Part shown: one piece after another, positions 10,835-22,649 of the stretch
Position numbering within the stretch: position 1 is the stretch's first letter
Layout of the letters: each line of letters begins with the position of its first letter
Origin: Vicugna vicugna
Lineage: Eukaryota
DNA: 42,215 nucleotides
Assembly (NCBI GenBank): GCA_013265495.1
Contig: MU058432.1
Coordinates: 199,985-242,199, forward strand
Reading direction: 5' to 3'
Made by a program: the position numbers and the translations under genes
The notes under the pieces: model-generated
The model's database searches: none
Told to the model about the DNA's origin: nothing
The model's input: only the letters and a program-made list of their open reading frames with translations

Positions 10835-11330
10835 GAAGATTCCCAGCATCCTTGTTCAAGAGGACTTGTATTTGCCACATGCTTTTGGCCCTTCCTGGGT
10901 TACTGTCAGCCCACACTTCTGGTTTCATCTTTTTATAGCCCTCCGGATGAAGAGGTTCTGTCTGTTTGTCCAAGTTTTCCATGAGAGCCACCTGTAGGTT
11001 TAAAGCCTGTTCCTGTTTAAACCCAGGACACGGAGCGCTCTGAGATCAAGTTATCATTTAGTTTACAGAGAAGATCTCAGTTTGGAAGGGAGATAGGGCC
11101 TGTAGGCATGTTCAATAAACTATGTTGTCATGTCAAGGTTTCTAATTGACCCTCCAATCATTGTAAAAATGATTGTTTCTGTACTTCTGGGGTAAACTGG
11201 GCTGTTCTATGTGCTATTTTGGTGCTTAGCATGGAATAATTTGTCCCTGTGTCTACCAAAAAGATCAATCAGCTTGTTACCCACTGTCACCTTTCCCCAG
11301 GGCTCCTGTTGGGATATTTGAATTGGGTGT
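10835..11330 (-). pseudogene. ERV protease and extreme N-terminus of RT remnant
   Basis: VTVGNKLID..LVDTGTNYSML aspartyl protease DTG motif at ~11245-11253; PEVWADSNPGRAK (ORF 10662..10991) matches the start of gamma-type RT. Confidence 0.85.
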
Positions 11331-11429
11331 TGTAAATCCAAGGAGACCAGGCTCTTCGTTCATCATCTAAACATTCTCCCCTTTTTACCACCTGAAAGGT
11401 ATCACTGCTTTTCTATTCCTCAGCCCTCC

Positions 11430-12400
11430 TTTTATTTAATTTGGGGCATCCCAATGTCCTTCTTCTTTACAATAAACACATCGTTCCTTACCTAATGATG
11501 GCTTATTTTTCTTAGGGCCTCTTGTCTTTTGGGAATCCAAAGAGGGTGGTCAAAGAAGTAGCATTTCACCTTGCCTCTTCCTTTTTCTGCTTCTGTTCTG
11601 TGATGTTGAATACCTTAAAAGCAGTATCTTCCAACTGATTCCATCTGATTCCAAATGCACCATCTAGTTTTTGCAATTTTCTTCTGATATCTGGGTTACT
11701 TTGCCCAATAAAGGTCATAGTCACCATCCTAGCATTTTCAGGGATCTTGGGATCTGCTGTAAGCCTGATAAATTCTTTCCAAAAATTCAGAGGGGACTTC
11801 ATTTGCTTTTTTACTGAATTTCTTGAATTTCATTCAAATTCTTTTGTTGTCCATGAAAGGTGGTGGGTCATTCGTAGAAACTTAGCCAGCTGGACGTTTG
11901 CATTTAGGCCCCTTATGGGATAACAGCATAAGAAAAAATTACCCTGCCCCAGAAGTGGCTCCTGGTCCAAACTGAGTGCCCTGCCAGGTCTTAGATGGCA
12001 TCACTAGACCAAGTCCCTTTTTCCTGGAACTAACACAGGATTTTCAAATGATTCTTATAAGGAGGGGACATTAGTTTCACTACTTTCTGAGACACAGTGT
12101 CGAGAATTAGGGCTGGTGGCTTAGGAATGAGAGGCAGTAGAAGGAATTAGATATATTGGAAGAAACTCTCATTCTCTTCCTCTTTTTACTTTCCTTGATG
12201 TAATAACACAAATACATGCACCTAGGGGATTTCATTATTCTTCAATGATTTTTCAAAAAATAGTCCTAGTTGTACAGAACCATTGAAAGGTCACTATTGC
12301 TCACCATTTTATTGTAAAATTGTAAATAGCAATTGATCCTCTCTAGCAATCAAAAGAATGACTCTTTTCCTTGGCATCAACCAACTGGACTACATTCTGG
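11430..12400 (-). pseudogene. ERV gag remnant (capsid and zinc knuckle)
   Basis: ORF 11566..11802 FIGQSNPDIRRKLQKLDG matches gammaretroviral CA FIGQSAPDIRRKLQKLEG; LGKERCVYCKEEGHW CCHC knuckle at ~11450-11495; upstream limit approximate. Confidence 0.88.
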
Positions 12401-12481
12401 GCTGGAGCTTTTGATGATTTTTGGAACCAAGTGGAATCTCTTCTTCCTGGAAATGTCCCACTTTTGAACAAGAACAGACTC

Positions 12482-12485
12482 TGTG

Positions 12486-12523
<38 letters not shown>

Positions 12524-12527
12524 GTGT
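12482..12527. repeat. (TG)n microsatellite
   Basis: About 20 TG units, directly visible. Confidence 0.95.
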
Positions 12528-13256
12528 TTCTTTCCTCCATTTGAAATCAGTAAAAATTTTAAATATCACAAAACTGACTTGACTGTAAATGGAGAACTAG
12601 TACCAAAACAAAGTAAAACAGAAAACCCAAATGACAAACAGAAAACCTTAAATAAACCCTTCAGCACAAGAGCTGTCAACTCAACCCCCATGCAATGTGA
12701 CACCTTGGAGAGCTGTTGGATCCACACCAACAATGTCTTTTGTTGTTAATTAACAAAGAGAGAGAGTGACACTAGGTAATTTCTATTTTAGATATAGAAC
12801 ATGGTACCCAGGATCCCAAAATAATCCTGCAGAATTCCCCTGTGGAGATCCTAACAGGTACTGTGGACAAATATTGTTACAATGAAACATAACGAGACTA
12901 CTTCTCCAAAATGCGCCCTAGAGGACTTTCTTTAGGGTTAAATGAAACCACTTCCATCTTTTAAAGACAGAAATAAAACGAAACAAAACAAAATCCAAAT
13001 GGTGAACACAAATGAAACAAATGAAATTGTTCACAAATCATGTAAAAGTCCAGCAATTATTTCCTCTTTCCAACAGGGTACCCTACTCAGATACAAAACC
13101 AACTGGCTTATTGTGGAGAAAGAAAAAGCCAAATGAAGGAAAATGAGAATTTCTGGCTCTACACACTGGAGAGATGTAACCTCCTGTACTGCCTGTCAAT
13201 GCCAGATATCCATTCCTTCCCCGATCTGTCAAGCCCTGGGGCAGCCGGTGCCACTT

Positions 13257-13769
13257 TGTAATAGAAAAGAACAAATCTGACTTCTTAGATCTGTCCTTTG
13301 GCTAACACTGCGCTGTTTCCTGTCCTTAGTCATGCTGGCTCAGCGCCTTTTGTAAAAGAAAGTTGCCTAGAGCCTGAAATACACAGGAGAGCCCATTCTC
13401 AAGGCTCTGACCTTTAAGAGTATAACACTTTCCCATTCATGCAAAGTTAAAATGTTGCAGCATAGGAAATAACATTTGTCTTGTTGGAGGTTTAGAGAGA
13501 AACCATGACCTGATCTACATGGACAACTGGTAGAACAGAGAATTCCGACACCAAAGAAGTTTGCAACAAGCAACCACACCTCCTCCCCTTTTTAGTAGAA
13601 AAGGAGCCTGAATTCTGACTTGAGTCAGATGGTTTTCTAGGACATTAGTCTGCCATCTTCTTGGTCTGCTGGCTTTCCAGATAACGTCATTATTACTTGC
13701 TCCAACACCTTGTCTCCCAATTTATCGGCCTGTTGTATGGCAAGCAGTACGAGTTTGGACTTGGTAACA
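13257..13769 (+). mobile_element. Solo LTR of the same ERV1 group, inserted antisense into the proviral leader
   Basis: TG...CA termini (tgtaatagaaaag ... ggtaaca), perfect 4-bp TSD ACTT (13253-13256 and 13770-13773), reverse-complement homology to 8985-9693 and 13902-14392. Confidence 0.92.
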
Positions 13770-13878
13770 ACTTCAGCGAATTTTGACAGGAAGACCCTTA
13801 GGAAAAGTGGCCCCAGCAGCTGCTCGGGACTTACTCCAAAATTCCCCAAGTAGGGCCTGCTGGCCAGGAGCAACTGGA

Positions 13879-13896
13879 CACCTAGCGGTCTCACCA
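13879..13896 (-). promoter_or_regulatory. Decayed primer binding site (possibly tRNA-Arg)
   Basis: TGGTGAGACCGCTAGGTG 5 nt inside of the 5'LTR end; 13/18 match to the recalled tRNA-Arg PBS TGGCGAGCCAGCCAGGAG. Confidence 0.55.
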
Positions 13897-13901
13897 ACAT
13901 T

Positions 13902-14392
13902 TGTTATGAAGTCTATGCTCCCAATGCTTGCCACACAACTGGCCAATAAACTGAGAAATGAGGTGTAGGAGCAAGGAACTGTGGCTTTATTCAGAAAGCC
14001 AGCAGACTAAGAAGGTGGTGCACTGGTGTCCCAGAGAACTGGCTTCCCCAAGTTAGAATTCAGTCTCCTTTTATACTAAGAGGGGAGGGGATGTGACTGG
14101 TTATTGCAAACTTCTTGGTGCAGGAATCCTTTGTTTTTGCACCTGCTCAAGGAGGGCTGGTCACAATGTTCCTATAAGTGTTCAACAGGACAGTTATTAT
14201 TTTTTGCTCTGCAACTTTTGATCTTTTTTTGAATGGAAAAAGGTCATAACTGTAAAGGTCAAGCATGGGAGGCAGAGCATTGAGATATTTCATAATTTTC
14301 TGCAAAGCGTGACTAAGCACAGGCAACCACACAATGGTTACAGCTAAAGGGATAGATCCAATATGGAGTTAGGTATGTTCTTCTCTTTTATG
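13902..14392 (-). repeat. 5' LTR of the provirus
   Basis: Direct-repeat homology to 8985-9693 (ctttattcagaaagccagcagac..., aacttcttggtgcagga..., taaagggatagatccaat). Confidence 0.88.
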
Positions 14393-14940
14393 CTATGCTA
14401 TCAAACTTCACTTGAACTAGCATTAAGGTATATGTGCTTTTCCATCTCAGTCGGTTTGAGAGGTTCATCATTGTTTAACCTGGCTTTGTTGATTACTTAC
14501 ATGTTTATATGATTTTTCATGTATTTATTCATGTAACCACTCCTTATTGGAACTGTCTATATCCTCTGTACCTTTTTATACTGAAAGCTTTTCTTTGAAA
14601 ATATATGTGAATATATTAAAAATAGTAACTTGTTGTGAATAATATAATATTTTTACTTCAGTCGTGATTTTGATATTTTGCCTCCTAAGAATTTTTTAAA
14701 AGTATTTCATTTAACATATGAGTTTAACGATTTCCATTAGCAGTTTTGTGTTTAGAAAGTTCTCACACACTTCGGGAAACTAAAAAGATATTCACCATTG
14801 CATATTTTTAAGTATGAGCTTGAGAGTATTTTTGTACATTTAACTTCTAATACAGCAATAACTTACTGGGGGTATGGTATGGAATGGATTTCTAAAATGG
14901 TTGTTTTCAGGTAGAGACTAAGTTCAAGTGCTAAATGATT
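14393..14940 (-). mobile_element. Ancient L1M(E)-like fragment, probably continuous with ~8800-8984 before the ERV insertion
   Basis: Decayed antisense L1 3' motifs (catgtatttattcatg...tattggaactgtctatatcctctgtacc; aaattgcttttccaaaaa on the other side of the ERV). Confidence 0.5.
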
Positions 14941-14944
14941 AATT

Positions 14945-15345
14945 TGCTTACTTATTCCAAAATATTTATATACTACCACTTATGTGCTTGCTCTATTCCA
15001 GGTTCCTGATATTAGAAACAATGATTCTGCCCTCATAATGCTCTTATTCTAGTGGAAAATAGAGACAATACACTACTGAATATGTAATGTTATGTCAGGT
15101 GTTAAAATTAGAGTGAATAAAATTAAGGTAGGATGAGAGAATGAGAATCACGAGGAAATCTGTTTTATACTGGCCGGTTAAGTCTCTTCATTCAGAATGG
15201 GAAATTTTAGCAGACCCAGGAAGGAAACAAGAATTTCAGACATTAAATATCTGGGCAACAATATTTTAAGTAGAAGGAACAGAAGGGGTAAAGACTGTGA
15301 GACAGAAACGCATTTGACATGTTTGATCATCCGCAAGAATATCTC
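14945..15345 (-). mobile_element. L2 3' fragment
   Basis: ttattccaaaatatttatatactaccacttatgtgc...ctgccctcataatgctcttattctagtgg...tatctgggcaac...agaaggaacagaaggggtaaag typical antisense L2 3' end. Confidence 0.75.
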
Positions 15346-15469
15346 TGTTCCCAGAGAAAGTTGCAAAAACACAGAAAACCAGGTTGTACGTAGACTCAAG
15401 GGGCCGGTCCTCCAGGACCGACAGGGACTTCAGAAGGACCAGCGATCACCAGGGTTTGTTTAAGGAAAG

Positions 15470-17832
15470 GTAAATCCTTTGATCTCTCCATCAACTCTGA
15501 ATGAGAGCTTTGCTGGTTACATTAATCCTGACTGGAACTCTTTCCTTTTCATCATTTTAAGTATATCGTGCCAGTCCTGTGTGGCCTGCAGAGTTTCTGC
15601 TGAAAAGATAGCTGATGTGTTTATGGGAGTTCCTCATAGGTTATTGGTTGCTTTTCCCTTGCTGCTTTCAATTTCCACTCTTTATTGATTTTTTGCCATT
15701 TTAAATACAGCGTCTTCTTGGGCTGCACTTTGGCTTAATGCTGTGTGGGAGTCTCTGCACTTTCTGTATTTGGATGATTATTTTTTTCCCCCAAGGTAGG
15801 GAAGTTTTCAGCTATTATGTCTTCAAGTACTTTCTCAGCACCGTTTCCTCTCTCTCATCTCTGTCTTAGAGCCCTCTTAAACTGTTCTCATTTATTATCA
15901 TTTTTTTCCTGTTTAGCATCAGCGATTTCCAATACTCTGTCTTCCAGCTCTGATCCTTTCCTCTGTATAATTTTGTCTACTGTTGACTCCTTATACTGTA
16001 TTTTTTTTATTTCAATTATTGTATTTTTTTCAATCTCTGTTTGGATGTTTTTTCTGTTTTCTAACTCTTTGTTTAAAAACTTTTAGCTTCTTGTTCTTTG
16101 CATCCATTCTTCTCCCAAGTTCTTTGATCATCTTTACAATCACTACCCTGAACTCTTTCTCTGGTAAATTACCCAGCTCTATTTCACTTTGTTCTTCTTC
16201 TAAGATGTTATGTTGTTCCTTTGTCTGGAACATGTTCCTCTGTGACCACATTTTACTTTTGCTGCTGTTTGCTTTTTTACGTATCTTGCAGGTTAGTTAC
16301 ATTTTCCAACTGTGGAGAAGTGGCCTTCCGTAGAAGACTTTCCATGCATCCTAGCCACACACTCCCCTCTCAGAACCCAAGCTGCCCACTTCAGATCTGT
16401 CCCCTATGAGGGCTGTGTGGACTCTTGTGTTGTGGCGGGCTGACTCTCAGGGTGGTCTAATAGTCTTGCTTGGCTCCCAGTTTGATTTGTCTCCAAGATG
16501 ATCTGTGCAGGGGTTGCTGGCTGCTGGTTAACAGGACTGTAGATCCTAAGGGCAGTCCTAGGACTAGGCCTAGCACACTGGTGGGCGGAGTCTGGATCCA
16601 GAAGACTCTGGGGCTGTTGCCCACTCACTGACGGGTGAAGCCAGGTGCTGGGGTTAGTGCTGGACTGCTGGCAGGCAGCACCAGGACCCGAAGTCTGGTT
16701 GCAGGTTCCAGAGATCTCAGAGCTGGTGTGAGGTTGCTGGGGGGTGGGTATGTGTTTCCTAACACAGTTGGTACGGGTTTGGGATGTCCAGAAGCTTGTG
16801 TTGGCCTGCTCGTGGGCAAGGCTGGCATCCTGCTGGTCTTGGGTCAGGGTCTTCTAAGCTGTAGTCAGGCTGGGTCTGTAGACTGTGGGATTGTAGTTGT
16901 CCTGCATCTAGTTTCTGTCCTCTGGTGGGTGAGACTTGTCCAGAGGCTAAAGGAGACTTCCTGGAGGGCAAGACCAGGGCCTAGAGGATTCTGGGTTGAT
17001 GCCTGCTCACTGGTGGATGGAGCTGGGTCCTGGGCTCTCTGGTGGGCAGGGCCATGCGTAGAATTAATTGCAGACTCAGGACGCCTTTAAGCAACCTATC
17101 TGCTGATGGGTGGGACAGTGTCACCACTCACAAGTTCCTTGGCCTGAGGCACACCAGCACTGGTGTCTATAGGCTCTTGGTTGGAGCCAGATCTTGGCAC
17201 TAATGAGTCAGAGGAAAGAGTCCACAATAGTAACTCATCACCAGTGTCCACATGGTAGAAGGAGCACGCAAGAAACGCTGCTGCCAGTTCCTAGGTCCCT
17301 AGGGTGAGATCCAGTTGTCTCCTGCCTCTCTAGGAGACTCTCCAAAACCAGCAGGTAGATCTAGCCCATGCTCCCATCAAATTACTGCTTTGCCACGAGT
17401 CTGGGAATGTGTGTGATTTTGCGTCCATCCTGTAAGAGTGAAGTCTCTATTTCCCCTGGTTTTGTGGGACCCCCAACATTAAACCCCACTGGCTCTAAAG
17501 CTAAATGCTTTGTGGGCTCATCTTCCAGATGGAAGACTCCCAGGCCAGTGAGCCCAACCGTGGGGCTCGGAATTCTCACTCCTGTGGGAGAACCTCTGCA
17601 GTGTGATTATTCTCCTGTTTGTTGGTTGCCCACCCCAAGGGTGTTGGACTTGACTCACCGGTGTCTAGCTCTCCTCCCCATCTAGTCATAGTTCCCTCTT
17701 TGTGTCTGCAGTTGTAGAACTCTTTTTAGTACGTTCCAGTCTTTCTCATTGAAGTTTGTTCCGAAAATAGTTATGGTTTTGATGTCCCCATGAGAGGAAT
17801 TGAGCTCAGGGTCTTTCTACCCTGCCGTCTTG
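15470..17832 (-). mobile_element. L1 5'UTR plus broken ORF1, 3'-truncated
   Basis: 5' terminus ccaagacggcagggtagaaag at ~17832; GC-richer 5'UTR; ORF1 MWSQRNMFQTKEQ...ELGNLPEKEFRVVIVKMIKEL (16030..16251); ORF1 C-terminal remnants to ~15470. Confidence 0.88.
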
Positions 17833-17837
17833 GTGAT

Positions 17838-18205
17838 CTTGCATCTATCTTTTCTAATTAAAGTTTTTATTTTCTTTGGATAAATACCCAGGAATGGAAT
17901 TCCCGAATCATATGGTAGTTTCGCTTTTAATTTTTTGAGGAATCTCCATACTTTTTTTCCATAATGGCTGCACCAAAGTACATTCCAAACAGCACTGCAC
18001 GAAGGTTCCCTTTTCTCCACATCTTTGTCACCACTTGTTATTTCTTGCTTTTTTGATAATAGCCATCCTGACCGGTGTGAGGTGATGTCTCATTGTGGTT
18101 TTGGTTTGTATTTCCATGATAATTAGTTATGTTGAACATATTTTCAGATGCCTATGGCCATGTGTGGATCTTCCTTGGAAAAATATCTATTCAGACTCTC
18201 TACCC
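17838..18205 (-). mobile_element. L1 ORF2 C-terminal fragment
   Basis: MEKREPS...VWRFLKKLKAKLPYDSGIPFLGIYPK (17817..18020). Confidence 0.9.
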
Positions 18206-18209
18206 ACTA

Positions 18210-19405
18210 AAGAGATACAAAGAAATAAAACAGCTGACAGGAACACCATATAAGTTGGAAGACAGAAAAGGAGTTTAGGTATCTTAAAGTCCTACCCACT
18301 CTTTACATGGTATAGAGGGAGTTAGAAATAAAAAATAAAGATAAGATATTTCATACAAAATATAACCTAAATAAAGCTGGTTCATCAGAAAAAATAGGAA
18401 AAAAGTCATCAATAAATACAGAGAAATATCACTTAAACATAACAAAATGTACAAAAATATTAAAAGCTAGTATACCATGACATTTAAATTTTATTTGGCT
18501 CAATATAATGCCCCTAGAACATATCAAACAAAAAAAGATAAAACTAAATAGGCAAAAATAGTAGACAATTATAACACATTCCCTTCTCTATAACTGACAG
18601 AAGAAATAGATGAAAATTACAATTTGAACAGCACAATCCATAATGGATTCATGAAAAACAGTACATTTAATAATAATGGACCATATGAAACATTCATAAA
18701 AACTGAACACACAACAGCCATAAAATAAGGTATAAAATAGTTCAGAGGATTAACTCTCTGACCACAGTGTTTGAATTCAAAATTCAATGAAAAGACACAA
18801 GAAACTGTCTCATGTGGTTGTCTACTGTAAGATTTTATTCTAAATAACATTAGAATAACAGTGGGCAAAATAAAAATTGACATATCAAACCTATGGAAAA
18901 CTCTAAGACATCAGGTAAGAGGAAGTTTAGAAGCTTAAATACATACATTAAGAAATTTTAAATTTAAGATCAATGACTGAAACATTCTTTAAAAAATATA
19001 AAATAATGGCAAATGAAAACCAACGAGAGTAAAAGAAACAAAATATACAATTAGGAGGATTAACAAAGCTAGATGACTCTCCTTTGAAAAGGTGAGTAAT
19101 ATTGATAAACTTCTGCTGATAATGGACAAGGAATAAAAGATAAGACACAAGTTACTATTGTCAGCAATGAAAACAAAAACATGCCAGAGATGCCAGAAAA
19201 TTATACGATAGTAATTGATTCTGTGATGTGTTTATTGATTATAGGATATAAAAAATTCATACCACCAGGACACATGTACAAAAATGTGCATAGCAGCATT
19301 ATTTGTAAATGCTAAAAACTGAAGGCAACATAAGTATTCATCAACAATAGAGCACATAAATAAATTATAGTATAATCAGAGAATTAAGTCCTATACAAGA
19401 GAAAA
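18210..19405 (+). mobile_element. Old L1M ORF2 and 3' fragments, A-rich, resuming at ~20170-20700
   Basis: Decayed endonuclease-region motifs and caccaggacacatgtacaaaaatgtgcatagcagcattatttgtaaatgc; continues after the young L1 with gcagcaacatgggtgaattt. Confidence 0.7.
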
Positions 19406-19407
19406 AT

Positions 19408-20165
19408 GTGACAAATGCTGGAGAGGCTGTGGAGAAAGGGGAACCCTCCTACACTGCTGGTGGGAATGCAGTTTGGTGCAGCCACTGTGGAAAACAGTAT
19501 GGGGATTCCTCAAAAGACTAGGAATAGACTTATCGTATGACCCAGGAATCCCGCTTCTGGGCATAAATCCAGAAGGAACCCTACTTCAGGATGACACCTG
19601 CACCCCAATGTTCATAGCAGCACTATTTACAATAGCCAAGACATGGAAACAGCCTAAATGTCCATCAACGGCTGACTGGATAAAGAAAAGGTGGTATATT
19701 TATACAATGGAATACTACTCAGCCATAAAAATGACAACATAATGCCATTTGCAGCAACATGGATGCTCCTGGAGAATGTCATTCTAAGTGAAGTAAGCCA
19801 GAGAGAGAAAGAAAAATGCTGTATGAGATCACTCATATGTGGAATCTACAAAACAAACAAGCAAACAAACAAACAAAACATCAATACAAAACAGAAACAG
19901 ACTTATAGACATACAGTACAAACTTGTGGTTGCCAAGGGGGTGGGGGGTGGGAAGGGACAGACTGGGATTTCAAAATATAGAATAGATAGATAAATAAGA
20001 TATAACTGTACTGCACAGGGAAGTATATACAAGATCTTGTGGTAGCTCACAGAGAAAAAAAGTGACAATGAATATATCTATGCTCATGTATAACTGAATA
20101 ATTGTGCTCTGGAATTTGACACAACATTGTAAAATTATTATAAATCAATAAAAATGTTAAAAAAA
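19408..20165 (+). mobile_element. Younger lineage-specific L1, 5'-truncated (ORF2 end, 3'UTR, A tail)
   Basis: [31 protein letters not shown]...CTPMFIAALFTIAKTWKQPKCPS; 3' end aaatcaataaaaatgttaaaaaaa; possible TSD agaaaaat. Confidence 0.93.
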
Positions 20166-20344
20166 GAAAAATTGGTAAATCCATGATGCAGCAACATGGG
20201 TGAATTTTAAAATATAATAATAATCAATTCTAAAACAAATCAGAAAAATTATGACCCATTCATATATGAATGAAATTAATTGGCACTGTTGAGTATACAT
20301 AAACAGGCAAGAATCTATGAATAAAAATAAGAAAATAAATTTTA

Positions 20345-20421
20345 GGAGGAGGGTAATGGCTCAGTGGTAGAGGATGTGCTTAGCATGCATGAGGTCCTGG
20401 GTTCAATTCTCAGGACCTCCA

Positions 20422-20456
<35 letters not shown>

Positions 20457-20490
20457 TACACCTAATTACTAGCCCCCAATTTTTGTAAAA
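20345..20490 (+). mobile_element. tRNA-derived SINE (camelid vic-1-like)
   Basis: Pol III A box tggctcagtgg, B box ggttcaattc, tRNA-Ala-like body gtgcttagcatgcatgaggtcctggg, A/TA-rich tail, approximate TSD aaatttagga/aaattcagga. Confidence 0.88.
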
Positions 20491-21269
20491 TTCAGGACAG
20501 TGGCTACCTTGCAGGCAGAAGCTGGTGTTGAATAAACAGATTTAGGGCTTCCAGGCACTAGGGAATGTTTCTTCTATGTGTGGGGAATGGGCACTTGATG
20601 GTCCCTTTACAAACATTTCATAAACTATTCCTTTTAAAATAATACACATTTTTCAATGTTATTTTATTTTTGAACAAATGCAATAGATTTAAAGAATATA
20701 GAGGACTAAAGGTAAAATATTTTGCGCTAGTCTTTCAATAAAATATAGTACATCTCAAGGTGGCAGTTGGAAATCTTAAAAAGGAGAAAAATTTTTAGGA
20801 TGACCATTCAGAAATTTTTCAAATTGTTGTTTATGAAAGTAGGGCATCCCCATACCTCTCCCATGAGATGTGCAACCACTTTTATTAGGTATGTTTGCCT
20901 TTATTCTTGCCCTATTCCAGTCTCCAATTACTCTAATCCTACAGTAAACATTGTAAAATTCATATTTATTCATGAGTATATTTAGTATACATTTAATTAT
21001 ATATGAATATAATTCATTGTATGCTATTTACTCTAGATTTATAGAAGTTGGAAATTGAATGACAAGATATTTTGAATATATATATTATATTTAATATATA
21101 AAACACATTTAATTTCTTTTAATATATTTAGTTTATTTTAATATATAAAATATGTATTCTCAATGCCTCCCTGTTCATTCTAGTGTACATACCTACTCAA
21201 TTTGGTATTTACAGCTTCGGGGTATCTCCCCTGCTTCTTTTATCCTTATGTCTGTTCAGGTGCTGGTCC

Positions 21270-21550
21270 TCTCTTTGAAACATTCTTTTGTCTCTTTACA
21301 TATATAATCTTTACTTTAGGATCACTGCTCAAGTCTGGGGTTCCCTTCTAGATGCTGTGGGGCTTTCTGGGTGGAGCCATCTCCTAGCTCTTATGACTGG
21401 GATCTCAAGTCTGTACAGCTCTCTCCTCCACTAGCAAATAAAACCCTTGAAGTAAGGGCTTGTGTCCCGGCCACTGCTGTGTCCCCTGTGAACTGCACAA
21501 CATCTGTGGCATAGAAAATAATCCGTTAAGATGAATAAAAGATTGAATGA
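21270..21550 (+). mobile_element. L2 3' end remnant
   Basis: tctcctccactagcaaataaaacccttgaagtaagggcttgtgtc...cactgctgtgtcccctg...tggcatagaaaataat...atgaataaa. Confidence 0.65.
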
Positions 21551-22167
21551 TCCAACTGTCTATGGAGATTTTCTTTTTTCAAAGAGTTTGATAAGCAGAA
21601 TGGTATTTATATTAAATTGAAGGATACTGGATAAATAATCAATTCATGACAAAAAGATAAAATAAGCTTTTTAAAATATGGTTTTATAGTTTAATTGAAT
21701 ACTTAAGTGGAACCGTCCAATTGGAAGATGAAAAAGACCAGGAATACTGTTCTTTAATTCAACAGACAATTGCTGAGCTCCTCCCATGTGACAAAGTCTA
21801 CACTGGTGTCCTCATGTCCCTGATGGAGCAGAGCAGATACACAGAGGCAGAGTCTTGGGCAAAGCCACCTTCAAGGAGTCACACCTGAGAAAGGGAAGCA
21901 GTTTGGTTTCCCCTTCTCAAAAGTGATGTAAGGCAACTGCGAGAGCTTGAGCAAGCCCATAAATGTCACACAGTTCTTGAGAACTACAGAGGCATATCCT
22001 GAACTAAACTCAAGACCAATCCTTTTCAGTTTATTCCATCTAATCACAACAGACCCCTGATTTATGGGTAAATTCAAACTCAAGATTTTAGTTTTTCTTT
22101 GCACTCTATGCTCCTGAATGACAATCAGGTAAAACAGACACTCATTAAAAACAAAACTTATAGAAAG

Positions 22168-22649
22168 TTCATCAACGGATGACTGGATAAAGAAGAGGTG
22201 GTATATTTATACAATGGAATACTACTCAGCCATAAAAACTGACAACATAACGCCATTTGCAGCAACATGGATGTTCCTGGAGAATGTCATTCTAAGTGAA
22301 GTAAGCCAGAGAGAGAAAGAAAAATACCATATGAGATCACTCATATGTGGAATCTTAAAAAAAAATACAAAACAGAAACAGACTCATAGACATAGAATAC
22401 AAACTTGTGGTTGCCAAGGGGGCGGAGGGTGGGAAGGGATAGACTGGATTTCAAAATTGTAGAACAGATAAACAAGATTATACTGTATAGCACGGGGAAA
22501 TATACACAAGATCTTATGGTAGCTCACGGAGAAAAAAAATGTGACAATGAATATATATATGTTCATGGATGACTGAAAAATTGTGCTCTACACTGGAATT
22601 TGACACAACATTGTAAAATGATTATAAATCAATAAAAAATTTTAAAAAA
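22168..22649 (+). mobile_element. Younger L1 3' end, 5'-truncated
   Basis: [35 protein letters not shown]; high similarity to 19663-20165; tail aatcaataaaaaattttaaaaaa. Confidence 0.93.

Larger units (their letters stand above)
8985..14392 (-). mobile_element. Defective gamma-type (ERV1) endogenous retrovirus: 5'LTR, PBS, gag, pro, truncated RT, IN, 3'LTR
   Basis: Two same-orientation homologous LTRs (8985-9693, 13902-14392), PBS-like site, purine-rich tract before the 3'LTR, gag/pro/IN remnants in order on the minus strand, possible 4-bp TSD ttat/ctat. Confidence 0.9.

Noticed and set aside
10662..11802. Domesticated retroviral gene
   Set aside because: gag, pro and IN remnants are broken by many stops and frameshifts; no long ORF and no env ORF
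16404..17685. Cluster of longer ORFs (up to 151 aa), similarly 36519-37963
   Set aside because: Lie within GC-rich L1 5'UTRs where stops are rare; no recognisable protein motifs
20345..20425. tRNA gene
   Set aside because: Has A and B boxes but also an A/TA tail, TSD, degraded stems and a second dispersed copy at 26138-26275, so it is a SINE
20700..21200. Possible OR cluster enhancer (TCCCATGAGA near 20859 plus TAAT-rich sequence)
   Set aside because: Single O/E-like match in AT-rich low-complexity DNA; no composite motif or conservation evidence available
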